Assembly (NCBI GenBank): GCA_963751275.1
Contig: CAVVTZ010000007.1
Coordinates: forward strand, 672,001-736,000
Source of the DNA: an uncultured Gemmatimonadaceae bacterium
GTDB lineage: Bacteria; Gemmatimonadota; Gemmatimonadetes; Gemmatimonadales; Gemmatimonadaceae
Reading direction: 5' to 3'
DNA: 64,000 nt
Positions 52,478 through 63,011 of the stretch are shown one piece after another (within the stretch, counting starts at the first letter, position 1; every line of letters begins with the position of its first letter). The notes under the pieces are model-generated. The model searched no databases and had not been told where the DNA came from. It saw nothing but the letters and a program-made list of their open reading frames with translations. Position numbers and translations under genes: made by a program.

Positions 52478-52565
52478 ATCATGTCCATCATGTTCATCAT
52501 GTCGAAAGCATTTGTCGCGGGTGTAACAGCACTGCTTTGGACATGATGAACATGATGGACATGAT
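52478..52565. repeat. Hairpin made of 9-bp ATCATGTYC repeats
   Basis: 33-bp arms 52478-52510/52533-52565, one mismatch, 22-nt loop. Confidence 0.9.
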
Positions 52566-52634
52566 TGTCGTGCCTGTACCGGTCACGACGGTCTTCCCGG
52601 CCTCTCGAGGGAGTGGATCGTAGGAACGGCAGCT

Positions 52635-52837
52635 GCTTGCACGCGGATCACGCGGAATTCGCGGAGTACGCGGAGTACGCGGAGGGCCCAACGCGCGACG
52701 AGAGTGCGGCGCACTCCCTCAAGTCCGTGTTTTTGTGGTTAACAACAAGAACACAGCGCCGACCTGGAGCGCGGAGCCGATCCGCCTCGTGGAGCGAACC
52801 GCGTATTCCGCGTGATCCGCGGATTCCGCGGGCAAGC
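52635..52837. repeat. Inverted-repeat element B (9-bp CGCGGA arms, palindromic core)
   Basis: CGCGGA x5 at 52642-52683; (T/A)CCGCG x4 at 52798-52830; core 52727-52754. Confidence 0.9.
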
Positions 52838-52857
52838 CGTTGCGGTCGTAGTTCTCG

Positions 52858-53907
52858 CTACGACTTCGAGTAGGTCGTTCGCCAGCGCTCGACGCGGTCG
52901 AGCACATCGCGCACGGTGATGCGCTGCATGCGGTCGAGGCGATTCTCCATGCTCACCGGATAGTCCTCGCCGGGATCGCCGTACGCGTCCACCATGAGAT
53001 CGCGGAACTTGCGATAGGGCCCCACGCGCTTCGGGTTGCTGTAGCCGATGAGGCTCACCACCGGCCGGTCGAGCGCGACGGTCATGTGGAGCGGCCCGGT
53101 GTCGAGCGACACGACGAGCTTGGCCGCGTCGAGGATGCTCACGAGCCGTCGCAGGCCGCTCCCGAGCGCGGAGACCACCGGCCGCTTCACGCCTGCGGCG
53201 ATCGCCGCGGCGGTCGTCAACTCGCGCGGCGACTGGCCGCCCACGAGCACCGGCTGCAGGCCGAAATCGGCGTTGAGCGCATCGGCCAGCTCGGTCCACC
53301 GCTCCGGCAGCCAGTCCTTCTGCGGCTTGCTGCTGCCGATCACGAGCGGCACGATCGGACGGTCGAACTGCGCCATGAATTCCTTCTGCCAGGCGCGCTC
53401 GTCGGGCCAGGGGCCGAGTCCCCACACCACCGGCTCGGCCGGCACGCCGAGCGCCGTGAGGAACTCGAAGTACTGGTCCTGCACGTGCTGCATCGCGTGG
53501 GGCGCGATCTTGCGGTTGGTGAACAGCCAGTTGACGTCGTACGCCCGCGCGCGGTCGAAGCCGAGCTTCACCGTGGAGGGCGCAAGCGCGGTGAGCACGC
53601 CGGCCTTGAGATACACCTGGAGATCGAGCAGCACATCGAAGGGTTCTGCGATCGCGTTGCGCACATCCAGGAAGGCGCGCCAGCCGCGCTGCCGGTCGAA
53701 GACGATGATCTCATCCACCGCGGGATGCCCGCGCACGAGCATCGCGGGCCCGGGCTGCATCACCCAGGTGATGTGCGCCGCGGGATCGTAGCGCTTGAGG
53801 GCCGTCACCACGGAGAGCGCGTGGACGGCGTCGCCCACCGCGCTCAGCATGATGATGCCGACGCGGCCCAGCGTTCTGCGGGGCGAGGGAGTATTGATGG
53901 CAGTCAC
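52858..53907 (-). CDS. Glycosyltransferase family 9 (heptosyltransferase-like)
   Basis: [25 protein letters not shown]. Confidence 0.92.
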   Translation of the reverse strand: MTAINTPSPRRTLGRVGIIMLSAVGDAVHALSVVTALKRYDPAAHITWVMQPGPAMLVRGHPAVDEIIVFDRQRGWRAFLDVRNAIAEPFDVLLDLQVYLKAGVLTALAPSTVKLGFDRARAYDVNWLFTNRKIAPHAMQHVQDQYFEFLTALGVPAEPVVWGLGPWPDERAWQKEFMAQFDRPIVPLVIGSSKPQKDWLPERWTELADALNADFGLQPVLVGGQSPRELTTAAAIAAGVKRPVVSALGSGLRRLVSILDAAKLVVSLDTGPLHMTVALDRPVVSLIGYSNPKRVGPYRKFRDLMVDAYGDPGEDYPVSMENRLDRMQRITVRDVLDRVERWRTTYSKS

Positions 53908-53980
53908 GGTCGCGGGAAATGTAGCGGCGCGGGGCGCGGCGCGGCTATCTTATGCGCTGGTCCACTACCGGAGCAGGGGA

Positions 53981-54193
53981 ATGAACGAGTCGATCGGCGC
54001 CCTCATCGCGCGCCTCGCGGAGACGAACGTCGAACTCTGGCACGAGGAGGACAAGGCGCGCGTGCCCGATGACCACCAGGTGGCCGCCGCGAAGCGCGCG
54101 GTGGACAAGCTCAACCAGCGTCGCAACGACCTCATCGAGCGCATCGATGCCGAGGTCATGCGCGCGGCGCGCGGCGAGAAGTCCGGTGGCTGA
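53981..54193 (+). CDS. DUF4254-like protein, N-terminal half
   Basis: [31 protein letters not shown]. Confidence 0.75.
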   Translation: MNESIGALIARLAETNVELWHEEDKARVPDDHQVAAAKRAVDKLNQRRNDLIERIDAEVMRAARGEKSGG

Positions 54194-54470
54194 GACCGTC
54201 GGCTGGCTCGCCGACAAGATCAGCATCATGGAACTCAAGATCTGGCACATGCGCGAGCAGTCGGAGCGCGAGGATGCCACGGTGGAGTTCCGCACGCAGT
54301 GCACCGAGCGGCTCGCGGTGCTGCGCCTGCAGCGCGACGATCTCGCGGCCGAGCTCACGGCGCTGCTCGCCGACATCGCCGCGGGGCGCGTGACGCCGAA
54401 GGTCTATCGCCAGTTCAAGATGTACAACGACCCGCGTTATCGTCCGGCGGGACCGGCGCCTTCGCGGTAA
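54186..54470 (+). CDS. DUF4254-like protein, C-terminal half
   Basis: [35 protein letters not shown]. Confidence 0.75.
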   Translation: MAETVGWLADKISIMELKIWHMREQSEREDATVEFRTQCTERLAVLRLQRDDLAAELTALLADIAAGRVTPKVYRQFKMYNDPRYRPAGPAPSR

Positions 54471-55488
54471 CGCTTCGCCCAGATCTCCACGCGGTCGAGC
54501 ACGTCGCGCACGGTGATGCGCGGCATGCGGTTTAGGCGGTGCGCGATGGTGATCGGATAGTCCTCGCCGGGATCGCCGTACGCGTCCACCAGCAGATCGT
54601 GGAATTTCCGGTACGGCCCCACGCGCTTCGGATTGTTGTAGCCCATGAGCGAGATCACCGGTCGGTCGAGCGCGACGGCCATGTGCAGCGGCCCCGTGTC
54701 GAGCGACACGACGAGCGCCGACCCGTGCAGCAGGCCAACAAGTTCACGAAGCGGCACGCCGAGGGTCGAGCGCGGCGCTTTGCCGAGCCGCTCCGTCATG
54801 ATGCGCTCGGTCTCCAATTCCCGCGGGCTCCGTCCGCCGGCGAGCACGACCTCCAGCCCGTAGTCGCGGTCGAGCACCGCGGCGAGCTCCACCCAGCGTT
54901 CCGGAATCCATTCCTTTTGCGGGATGACTCGCGCCGATCACGAGTGAGGCGACGGGCCGCCCGATCGGCGTGAAGAACTCGCGCTGCGCGACGCGCTCGG
55001 TGGGGAAGGGGCCCAGCCCCCACTCCGGTGGCTCGTATGGGATCTCGAGTGCGGTGAGGAACTCGAAGTACTGGTCCTGCACGTGCTGCGGCGCGTGCGG
55101 CGGGATGCGGCGATTCGTGAACAGCCAATTCAGGTCGCGCGCCCGCGCGCGGTCGAAGCCCAGCTTCATGGGCGAGCGCAGCATCATCGTGACGAGCCCC
55201 GCCTTGATGTACACCTGGAGCGCGAGCACGAGATCGAACGGCTGCCCCGCGACGTCCCGCCGCACATCGAGCAGCGCGCGCCATCCGCGTGACTTCTGGA
55301 AGACGATGATGTCGTCGATGCGCGGATGACCGCGCATGAGCGACGCCGGCCCGGGCTGGAGGAACCACGTGATGTGAGCAGCCCGGATCGTGCCGCTTGA
55401 GCGCGTTGATCACCGGCAGCACGTGCACGGCGTCGCCCAGCGCGCTCATCATGACGATCGCGATCCGGCGGCGCGGTGAATTCCTCAC
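54437..55488 (-). CDS. Glycosyltransferase family 9 paralog (frameshifts near 54925 and 55375)
   Basis: [27 protein letters not shown]; strongly similar to 52858-53907. Confidence 0.88.
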
Positions 55489-56207
55489 GGCATCGCGCCG
55501 ATCACGTTGAATCCGTCGCCGATCGCGTCGCGGTGCTTCTTCACCGAGCGGCTGAACCGGCTCCAGTTGGCGGCGATCAACTGCGGCGACCCCGGCTGGT
55601 CGAACCAGACGCGGTCCACGTCGAGCACGTAGGCATCGAAGCCGTTCGCCGCATCGGCGAGCAGGATGTTCTTGACGTTGAGATCCGGATGGCGCGCGCC
55701 CGCCTCGGTGAGCTGCTGGAAGAGCCGTGCGACCGCGGCCGCGGCCGCCTTCTTCGCGGCGGGCGTGGCGCCGGTGAGCGCGGCCAGGAGGTCGCGTGAG
55801 CGTGGCACCTCGCGCGTCACCACATCGGCGCGCCGGCGCCATGCGTCGGCCGGGTACGTCGCGTACGCCACAACTTCGGGCGTCGGCACGCCGCGGCGCT
55901 GCAGCGTGAGCGAGATCTCGAGTTCCTTCGGCGCGCGCGTGGCACCGAAGAATTTGTCGCCCGTGAGCGCCGCGAGCATGCCACCATGCCGGGAGCGGCG
56001 GATCACCACATCGGCCGCGCCCTCCGGCAGCGGCACCGCGTACGCCACGCCGCGCCCGGTGAACGTGCGCGCCTGCGGGTGATGCTCCGCGTAGCCGTAG
56101 AACGATCCGCCCGCGATCGCCGAACGCAGCGGCGCTTCGAGCGACGCGAGCAGGGCGCCTTCCGCCCCGTGATCCGAGTACGCGACGTAGCCCGGCGGAA
56201 CGGTCAC
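55485..56207 (-). CDS. Kdo kinase / LPS kinase (KdkA/InaA family)
   Basis: GRGVAY, RRSRHGG, HPDLNVKNIL, LDVDR. Confidence 0.85.
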   Translation of the reverse strand: MTVPPGYVAYSDHGAEGALLASLEAPLRSAIAGGSFYGYAEHHPQARTFTGRGVAYAVPLPEGAADVVIRRSRHGGMLAALTGDKFFGATRAPKELEISLTLQRRGVPTPEVVAYATYPADAWRRRADVVTREVPRSRDLLAALTGATPAAKKAAAAAVARLFQQLTEAGARHPDLNVKNILLADAANGFDAYVLDVDRVWFDQPGSPQLIAANWSRFSRSVKKHRDAIGDGFNVIGAMP

Positions 56208-57826
56208 GGCACGATGCTGAACACCGGCATCGGCTTCTTCCTTCCCTTCAGCTCCATCGATCCCTTCTCGGTCATCTCGGGCGGCTTCGACAGCGCCTCC
56301 CTCACCGATTCCGTGAGCAGGATCTCGCCCCCTTCCGCGCGCGCACACAGCCGGCTCGCGATGTTCACGGCGTCGCCGATCACGGTGTATTCGAGACGAC
56401 GCTCGGAGCCAATGTAGCCCGCGAAGCTCTCCCCGTAATTGAGCCCGATCCCGATCTGCATCTCCGGCCGACCCGCCGCCTTCCACTTCACGTTCAGGAT
56501 CTTCAGCTCTTCGAGCATGTCGATCGCCGCCGCCATCGCGCGGTCGGCGTCGTCCTTCTCCCCGATCGGCGCGCCCCACTGCGCCATCACGGCGTCGCCG
56601 ATGAACTTGTCCAGCGTGCCGCCATGACGGAACACGATCTCCACCATCACGGTGAAGTATTCGCTGAGCAGGTTCGCCACGTCGTCGGGATTCATCGTCT
56701 CCGAGAGCGACGTGAAGCCGCGGATGTCGCTGAACAGAATGGCGATCGTGCGCTTCTCGCCGCCCAGCTTCACCTGCTCGCCCGCCCCCGCGATCCGCGC
56801 CGCCAGCGTCGGCGCGAAGAAGCGCTCGAAGTTGCTCCGCACGATGGTCTCGCGCCGGATCCGTTCGGCGAATCGGCTGTTCTCCAGCGCCACCGCGGCA
56901 ATGTTCGAGAACGCGATGAGGAAGTCGAGGTCCTCGTCGCCGAACTTCTGGATCGCGGTCACGTTGTCCACGTAGAGCACGCCGAGCACCACATCGCCGC
57001 TGCCAATGAGCGGCGCGCACATCGCCGAGCGCACGCTCTGCATGACGATGCTCTGACCGCCGAATCGCTCATCCTCGGCGGCGTTGTCGGAGAGCACGGC
57101 CACCTTCTCGCCCGCCACCTTCCGCGCAATGGTCTGCGGGATCGCCTTGCCGCTCACGACGCCCTTCCGGTCGCGCGAGATCTTGGAGACGCGCTCGCCG
57201 TTCGCGTCCACGAGATCGATCGCGACGCGGTCCACGTCCATGATCTCGAACACGGTGCTCGTGATCCGGTCGAGCAGCGCCTCGGCGTCAGCGACGCGCG
57301 AGAGGCCCTTCGAGACCTCGAGCAAGAGCGCGAGCCGCTTGGCGGTGCGGTCCCCGGCGGAGGCCTGGGCCGAGTCGGCCTTCACTTCGGCGAGGCTCGT
57401 CGCGCGGAAGATCACCGAGAGCGGGCCCTCGGACTTCGCCACGTCGAGCTCGCGCAGGATCGTGGAACTCGGTCGCGCCGCGACGCCGGAGGCGCGCTGC
57501 GGCACCGCGGTGCTCGCGCGCGGCGGCGGCGCGGCCACCGGCTCGATGAAGGCGACGCGGAAGGAGACCTTGCCGAACATCACGATGTCGCCGTCGTTCA
57601 CGGCGCCCTCGGTGATCTGCGCGTTGTTGATGAAGGTGCCGTTGCTCGAGCCGAGGTCCTTCACCTGCACCGACGTCGCGCTCGCCGTGATCTCCGCGTG
57701 CCGGCGCGAGATGGTGGGATCGAAGACGGGAATATCGCTCGTCGAGGCGCGCCCGATCACGAGCGTCTGCCCCTCCCGCAATTCATACGCCTGCCCGCCG
57801 GCATCATTGATGATCTTGAACGGCAT
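56204..57826 (-). CDS. FHA-GAF class III adenylate cyclase
   Basis: IGRA..ISRRHA..DLGSSNGT FHA; GAF; FSDIRGFT, DKFIGD, YTVIGDAVNIASRL. Confidence 0.93.
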   Translation of the reverse strand: MPFKIINDAGGQAYELREGQTLVIGRASTSDIPVFDPTISRRHAEITASATSVQVKDLGSSNGTFINNAQITEGAVNDGDIVMFGKVSFRVAFIEPVAAPPPRASTAVPQRASGVAARPSSTILRELDVAKSEGPLSVIFRATSLAEVKADSAQASAGDRTAKRLALLLEVSKGLSRVADAEALLDRITSTVFEIMDVDRVAIDLVDANGERVSKISRDRKGVVSGKAIPQTIARKVAGEKVAVLSDNAAEDERFGGQSIVMQSVRSAMCAPLIGSGDVVLGVLYVDNVTAIQKFGDEDLDFLIAFSNIAAVALENSRFAERIRRETIVRSNFERFFAPTLAARIAGAGEQVKLGGEKRTIAILFSDIRGFTSLSETMNPDDVANLLSEYFTVMVEIVFRHGGTLDKFIGDAVMAQWGAPIGEKDDADRAMAAAIDMLEELKILNVKWKAAGRPEMQIGIGLNYGESFAGYIGSERRLEYTVIGDAVNIASRLCARAEGGEILLTESVREALSKPPEMTEKGSMELKGRKKPMPVFSIVP

Positions 57827-57923
57827 GCGGCCAAATATGGTGCGAGCGCACAGGTCTGTCTAACGACGACCGCTAGCCATCGCGCAATTCGTGGGTTCCC
57901 GCGCGAGAATCAGGGGTACTACT

Positions 57924-58123
57924 ACTGCTTCCACGCGGATGACGCGGAATCCGCGGATTACGCGGAACGCTCCGAGCGCACTGAGGTCGCCGAGGACACG
58001 ATCACGTCTCTGTCGTTGTGGTTAACAACAACTACGCGGTACTGACTGGGCGTATGGAGCCAATCCGCCTCGCGGGGCGGTCCGCGCACTCCGCGGAATC
58101 CGCGCATTCCGCGTGGAAGCAGT
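57924..58123. repeat. Inverted-repeat element C (homolog of element B)
   Basis: 16-bp perfect terminal IR; CGCGGA x4 57934-57966; TCCGCG x4 58081-58113; core 58015-58032. Confidence 0.9.
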
Positions 58124-58131
58124 TGCGGTTT

Positions 58132-59616
58132 CTACACCCGCACCTGCGCGATGGCGGTGAGCATGGCGCGGGCCTTGCTCTCGGTCTCGGCCCATTCGCG
58201 CGAGGGGATGCTGTCGGCGACGATGCCGGCGCCGGCTTGCACGTGGGCTTTGCCGCCGGCGATGACGCACGTGCGGATCGTGATCGCGAGATCCATGCGG
58301 CGGTCGCCCGCCGCGATGTAGCCCACCGCGCCGGCGTAGGGGCCGCGCCGCTCGGGCTCGAGCGAGTCGATGATCTCCATCGCGCGCACTTTCGGCGCGC
58401 CCGTCATCGTACCCGCGGGGAAGGTCGCCCGGAAGGCGTCCATCGCGCTGGCGTTCTCGGGCAGTTCGCCCTCCACTTGGCTCACGAGATGCAGCACGTG
58501 ACTGTAGCGTTCCACCGCGAACAGTTCCGTGGCGCGCACCGTTCCGTATTTCGCCACGCGCCCTACGTCGTTCCGGCCGAGGTCCACGAGCATCGCGTGC
58601 TCGGCGCGCTCCTTCTCGTCGGCGAGCAATTCCGCGGAGAGGCGCGCATCGTCGGCGGCGGTGGATCCGCGGGGCCGCGTGCCGGCGATCGGGCGCACCG
58701 TCACCTTGCCGTCGGCCACGCGCACCAGCAGTTCCGGCGAGCTGCCCACGAGCTCGAGTCCGTCGAGCACCAGGTGGTACATGTACGGGCTGGGGTTCAG
58801 AACCCGCAACGCGCGATAGAGCGAGGACGGGTCGAAATCGAGCGGCACCTCAATGCGGCGCGCGAGCAGCGCCTGGAAGCAGTCGCCCGCCATGATGTGC
58901 TCGCGGATCGTCTCCACGCCGCGCTCGAACGCCGCCTGGGCGATGCTCGACGTTCCCTTCGCCGGCGCGACCAATGGATCGAACGCGAGCGGCGCCAGCG
59001 ACACCGGCGCGCGCAGCCGCGCGATCAGTTCCGCGATCTCCTCTTCCGCGGCGGCGTGCAACTTCTGCAGCGCGGCGCGGTCCGTGCCCGGCGCGACCGG
59101 CACGCCCACCACGACGCGCGCCTGCGAGCGGAGATTGTCGATGATCACCACCGCACGCGTGAACACGAACAACGCGTCGGGCGCATCGATCGCGCGCGGC
59201 GGCGCGTGCGGCAGCTTCTCGATGAGCCGCGCCACATCGTAACCGAAGAAACCGACCGCTCCGCCCCAGAACGCGCCGAGCTCCGGTACGTCGGCGGGTT
59301 CGTACTGCGTGATGAGCGCGCGCAGGTCCGCGAGCGGATCCGCGGCCTTCCGCGCGCCGTGCCAGCCTTTCGCGGGCGTCCAATCCTCCACGCTGTCGTC
59401 GCGCAGCCGCCACGCCGCGCGCGGCTCCGTGCCGAGGAACGTGTAGCGCGCCCACGTCTCGCCGCCGGCGGGCGCGCTCTCGAGCAAGAAAGCAAAAGGC
59501 GGGCGCCGCAGTTTCGCGAACGCCGACACCGGCGTGTCCGTGTCGAGCAGACAGTCGCGCCACACCGGCACGAGCCCGCCGCGCGCCGCGTGCGCGAGGA
59601 AGCGATCGAGCGTCAT
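58132..59616 (-). CDS. trpE: Anthranilate synthase component I
   Basis: FLLES, NPSPYMY, GSSPE, KERAEHAMLVDLGRND, FPAGTMTGAPK, QAGAGIV. Confidence 0.9.
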   Translation of the reverse strand: MTLDRFLAHAARGGLVPVWRDCLLDTDTPVSAFAKLRRPPFAFLLESAPAGGETWARYTFLGTEPRAAWRLRDDSVEDWTPAKGWHGARKAADPLADLRALITQYEPADVPELGAFWGGAVGFFGYDVARLIEKLPHAPPRAIDAPDALFVFTRAVVIIDNLRSQARVVVGVPVAPGTDRAALQKLHAAAEEEIAELIARLRAPVSLAPLAFDPLVAPAKGTSSIAQAAFERGVETIREHIMAGDCFQALLARRIEVPLDFDPSSLYRALRVLNPSPYMYHLVLDGLELVGSSPELLVRVADGKVTVRPIAGTRPRGSTAADDARLSAELLADEKERAEHAMLVDLGRNDVGRVAKYGTVRATELFAVERYSHVLHLVSQVEGELPENASAMDAFRATFPAGTMTGAPKVRAMEIIDSLEPERRGPYAGAVGYIAAGDRRMDLAITIRTCVIAGGKAHVQAGAGIVADSIPSREWAETESKARAMLTAIAQVRV

Positions 59617-59658
59617 CGCGCTTGCCGCGCCCGTGGCGCGCCGCGACATTCCACTTTC

Positions 59659-61734
59659 ATGAGAGGTTTCGCCGCATTCGCCATGGTGATGATCCTGTTG
59701 CCGGCGGCCACTCCGCCGGGAGCGGCGGCGCAGACCTGGAACGACCCGCGCACCAGCGCCCTCGTGCGGCGCGCCACCGAGCGGCGCACCGAGCAGATCT
59801 CCGACACCGCGCTCGCCGCCTACAACGCGACGGCCAACGGTTACCTCACCTTCCTCGCGCAGGCCGGCGCGGGCTTCCGGCTGCCGCCCAAGATCCTGCG
59901 CACCGACCAGCTCGCGCTCCAAGTGTACTGGCGCGCGCCCGATCTGAGCAAGCAGGTGATCGTCGGACGGCGCGATACGCTCCTCCTGCCCACCGACATC
60001 GACTACCATCGCGACCACCTCGGCATCGTCCAGAACAATTTCAAGAACGTGATCCGCCTGGGCGAGGGCGATGAGGTGAAGGACGTGCCGCACCCGCTCT
60101 CGCCCGACGGACTGAACCAGTACGACTTCGCGATCACCGACTCGCTTCGCATCGGGCTCCCCAACCATCCGATCTACGTCTACGAAGTGAGCGTGCGCCC
60201 GCGCGACGCCTCGCTCGCACGCGTGGTGGGCGCCGTCTACCTCGACACCGCGACCGCCGAGGTCGTGCGCATGACGTTCAGCTTCACGCGCGCGGCCTAT
60301 CTCGACGCGCAGCTCGAGGACATCTCGATCGTGCTCGAGAACGCGCTCGTCGCGCAGCGCTTCTGGCTGCCGTACCACCAGGAGATCGAGATCCGCCGCA
60401 GCGGCACCTGGCTCGATTTCCCCGTGCGCGGGATCATCCGGGCGCGCTGGGAGATCGGCGACTACCACATCAACGTCGCGCCGCCGGCGGCGGCGTTCAC
60501 CGGGCCGGAGATCGTGGCGGCGCCCGCGGCCGTGCGCCGCGCGCACCAGTGGCAGGGCGGCATCCTCGATTCACTGCCGGAGGACGCGCGCGTCGCGACC
60601 GATGCCGATGTGCGCCGCGTGCAGGATCAGGCGCGCGCCATGGTCGTCGCGAGTGCGCTCGCGCCGCGCTCCGGCGCTTCGCTCTCCACCCCGCGGATCT
60701 CCGACTTCGCGCGCGTCAATCGCGTGGAAGGCCTCGCGCTCGGCGCCGGCGGCACGTGGCACGCGACGCCCGAGTTCGCCGTCGGGCTCCTCGCGCGGTA
60801 TGGCTTCGCCGACCAGGCGCTCAAGGCGCGGCTCAGCACGACCTATTCGTTCGAGTCGGGCCGGTCGATCGGCCTCTTCGCGGCGCGCGAATATCGCGAT
60901 GCCGGCAATGTCGCGGAGCGCTCGCTCCTGGTGAACAGCCTCAGCTCGCAGGAATACGGCAGCGATTTCACCGACACGTACGACGTGCGCGCGCTCGGGC
61001 TCCGCGCCGGGCTGGGCGCGTGGCACGAGGTGAACTTCACGCTCACCGGATCGTATGAGGAGCAGGGCGCGCTGAGCGTGCACGCCATCCCCTTCCGGGA
61101 CTCTTACGGGCCGACGATCCCCGCGTGGAAGGTCAACGAATGGCGCGTGGTGCTGGGGGTCGATCGCAGCTGGGTGCTGGGCCCGAGCAGCGATCTGCGT
61201 GTTTCGGGGAACATCACCGGCGGGTGGATCGATCTGCGCGACACGACGATCCCCGGTTCGCCCGTGCGCTTCGGCCGCGCCTTCGCGAACCTGGTGCTGT
61301 CGCAGGCCATCGGATCGCAGAGTCTCGAACTTCGCACGACTCTTGGTGGCGTTTCGCCGTCCGGCAGTCCCGTCCAGGAGCAGATCTTCCTCGGCGGCCC
61401 GATCACGGGTCCCGGCTATGCCTTCCACCAGTTCGCGGCGGCATTCGGCGCCAGCCAGCACGTCGAGTGGCGATTCCCGCTCCCGTTCTTCGCCGTGCCG
61501 CTCGGGGAATTCGGGCGCACGCCGGCGTCCTTCACCCTCGCGCCGTTCGCGCACGTGATCTACGTGGATCGCACGGCGAGCTTCGCGCCGCCCGCGGAAG
61601 GGTGGTATCCTTCGGTGGGCGTCGGCGCGAGCTTCTTCTTCGATCTGCTGCGCGTGGACGTCGCGCGCGGGCTTCGAGCCGGCGGTTGGACATTCAGCGT
61701 CGATCTGGCGCACGATCTGTGGAGCATCCTGTGA
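59659..61734 (+). CDS. Large exported/outer-membrane protein
   Basis: Signal peptide, RVNRVEGLALG, beta-strand-rich C-terminus (VGVGASFFFDLLRVDVARG). Confidence 0.7.
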   Translation: MRGFAAFAMVMILLPAATPPGAAAQTWNDPRTSALVRRATERRTEQISDTALAAYNATANGYLTFLAQAGAGFRLPPKILRTDQLALQVYWRAPDLSKQVIVGRRDTLLLPTDIDYHRDHLGIVQNNFKNVIRLGEGDEVKDVPHPLSPDGLNQYDFAITDSLRIGLPNHPIYVYEVSVRPRDASLARVVGAVYLDTATAEVVRMTFSFTRAAYLDAQLEDISIVLENALVAQRFWLPYHQEIEIRRSGTWLDFPVRGIIRARWEIGDYHINVAPPAAAFTGPEIVAAPAAVRRAHQWQGGILDSLPEDARVATDADVRRVQDQARAMVVASALAPRSGASLSTPRISDFARVNRVEGLALGAGGTWHATPEFAVGLLARYGFADQALKARLSTTYSFESGRSIGLFAAREYRDAGNVAERSLLVNSLSSQEYGSDFTDTYDVRALGLRAGLGAWHEVNFTLTGSYEEQGALSVHAIPFRDSYGPTIPAWKVNEWRVVLGVDRSWVLGPSSDLRVSGNITGGWIDLRDTTIPGSPVRFGRAFANLVLSQAIGSQSLELRTTLGGVSPSGSPVQEQIFLGGPITGPGYAFHQFAAAFGASQHVEWRFPLPFFAVPLGEFGRTPASFTLAPFAHVIYVDRTASFAPPAEGWYPSVGVGASFFFDLLRVDVARGLRAGGWTFSVDLAHDLWSIL

Positions 61735-62534
61735 ACCGGAACCGTATCGCCGCGGCACTCACCGCGATCGCCTTCGCCGCCTCTGCCGTCGCCCAGCAGG
61801 CGGATACCGCCAAGCCGAAGGAACCGCTCTTTACGAAGACCGACGCGTGGCTATCCGCCGGTTTCGTCGTGGGCATCGCGGCCGCGATGCCCTTCGACGA
61901 GAAGGTCGCCGCGTGGAGCCAGTCGCCCTCCGTGCAGACGCCCGCGCACCACAACACCGCGACGTTCTTCAACGCCTACGGCGGCTATGGCGTGCTGGTG
62001 ATCTCCCTTGGCACGTACGGCGTCGCCCGGATCGCCGGCTCGAGCCATTTCTCCGAACTCGGCCTCCGCGCGACGGAATCGATCGCGATCAGCGGCGCGA
62101 TCACCGCGGTGGCGAAGGGCATCATCGGCCGGCAGCGACCGTACGTGGATGATCAGGACTCGCACTACTACGTCTTCGGGAAGGGCTTCGGCAACGATGC
62201 GTACGCGTCGATGCCATCCGGGCACACGACCGCCGCATTCGCGTTCGCCGCATCGGTGACCGACGAGACCGCGCACTTCTGGCCGAAGCAGACGTGGTGG
62301 GTGGCGACGCTCACCTACGGCAGCGCGACAGTGGTCGGCGTGGCGCGCATCTACTCGAACGCGCACTGGACCAGCGACGTCATTGGCGGCGCGTTCGTTG
62401 GCACGCTCACGGGGCTCACCGTCAACCGGTGGCACCGCCTGCACCCGAACTCGAAACTCGACAAGTGGCTGCTCCCCAAGTCGATCGCGCCCTCGAAGAG
62501 CGGCGTCGCCATGGCGTGGAGCGCCACCTTCTGA
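61731..62534 (+). CDS. PAP2-family phosphatase
   Basis: KGIIGRQRP, PSGH, RIYSNAHWTSD. Confidence 0.9.
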   Translation: MNRNRIAAALTAIAFAASAVAQQADTAKPKEPLFTKTDAWLSAGFVVGIAAAMPFDEKVAAWSQSPSVQTPAHHNTATFFNAYGGYGVLVISLGTYGVARIAGSSHFSELGLRATESIAISGAITAVAKGIIGRQRPYVDDQDSHYYVFGKGFGNDAYASMPSGHTTAAFAFAASVTDETAHFWPKQTWWVATLTYGSATVVGVARIYSNAHWTSDVIGGAFVGTLTGLTVNRWHRLHPNSKLDKWLLPKSIAPSKSGVAMAWSATF

Positions 62535-63002
62535 GCAACGCGGAAGCGAAGGTCGCGACGGTCGATGCGTACGTGCTGCGCCGCGTGCGCGGCGAGTGGG
62601 AGACGCTCGTGCTCCGTCGAGCCGGCGGCACGCGCTGCACCGGCGCGTGGGAGGCGGTGCACGGCCACATCGAGGAGGGCGAACGCCCCGAGGAAGCGGC
62701 CATTCGCGAAGTGGCGGAGGAGACCGGCCTCGCCGTGCAGCGACTGTACAACGTGGCGGTCCAGCCGTTCTACCTGCACACCACCGGCGTCGTGACGCTC
62801 GCGGTCGCATTCGCCGCGGTGGTCGATGCGGGCGCCGAACGCGGTGCTCGGCTCCGAGCACGATCGCGCCGAGTGGCTGTCGCTGGACGCCGCGCGCGCG
62901 CGCATGTCGTGGCCGCGGTCGCGCGTCGCGCTGGGTGACGTTGCGATCCTGCTCGCGAGCGGCGATGGCGGCCCGGTGGAAGACGTTCTGCGGGTCCGTT
63001 AG
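62531..63002 (+). CDS. Nudix hydrolase (frameshift near 62840; start uncertain)
   Basis: Nudix box GHIEEGERPEEAAIREVAEETGL; second frame SEHDRAEWL..GPVEDVLRVR. Confidence 0.8.
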
Positions 63003-63011
63003 CGTTATGGC

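Noticed and set aside
52642..52830. CRISPR array interpretation of the periodic repeats
   Set aside because: Units are 9 bp with 3-nt linkers and inverted symmetry; no spacers and no cas genes
52497..52907. Short ORFs with HAEFAEYAE or PRTPRI periodicity
   Set aside because: Translations of the non-coding 9-bp repeat elements
58018..59658. N-terminal extension of the 1238-aa ORF
   Set aside because: Antisense shadow of trpE starting inside repeat element C; the signal peptide begins at 59659
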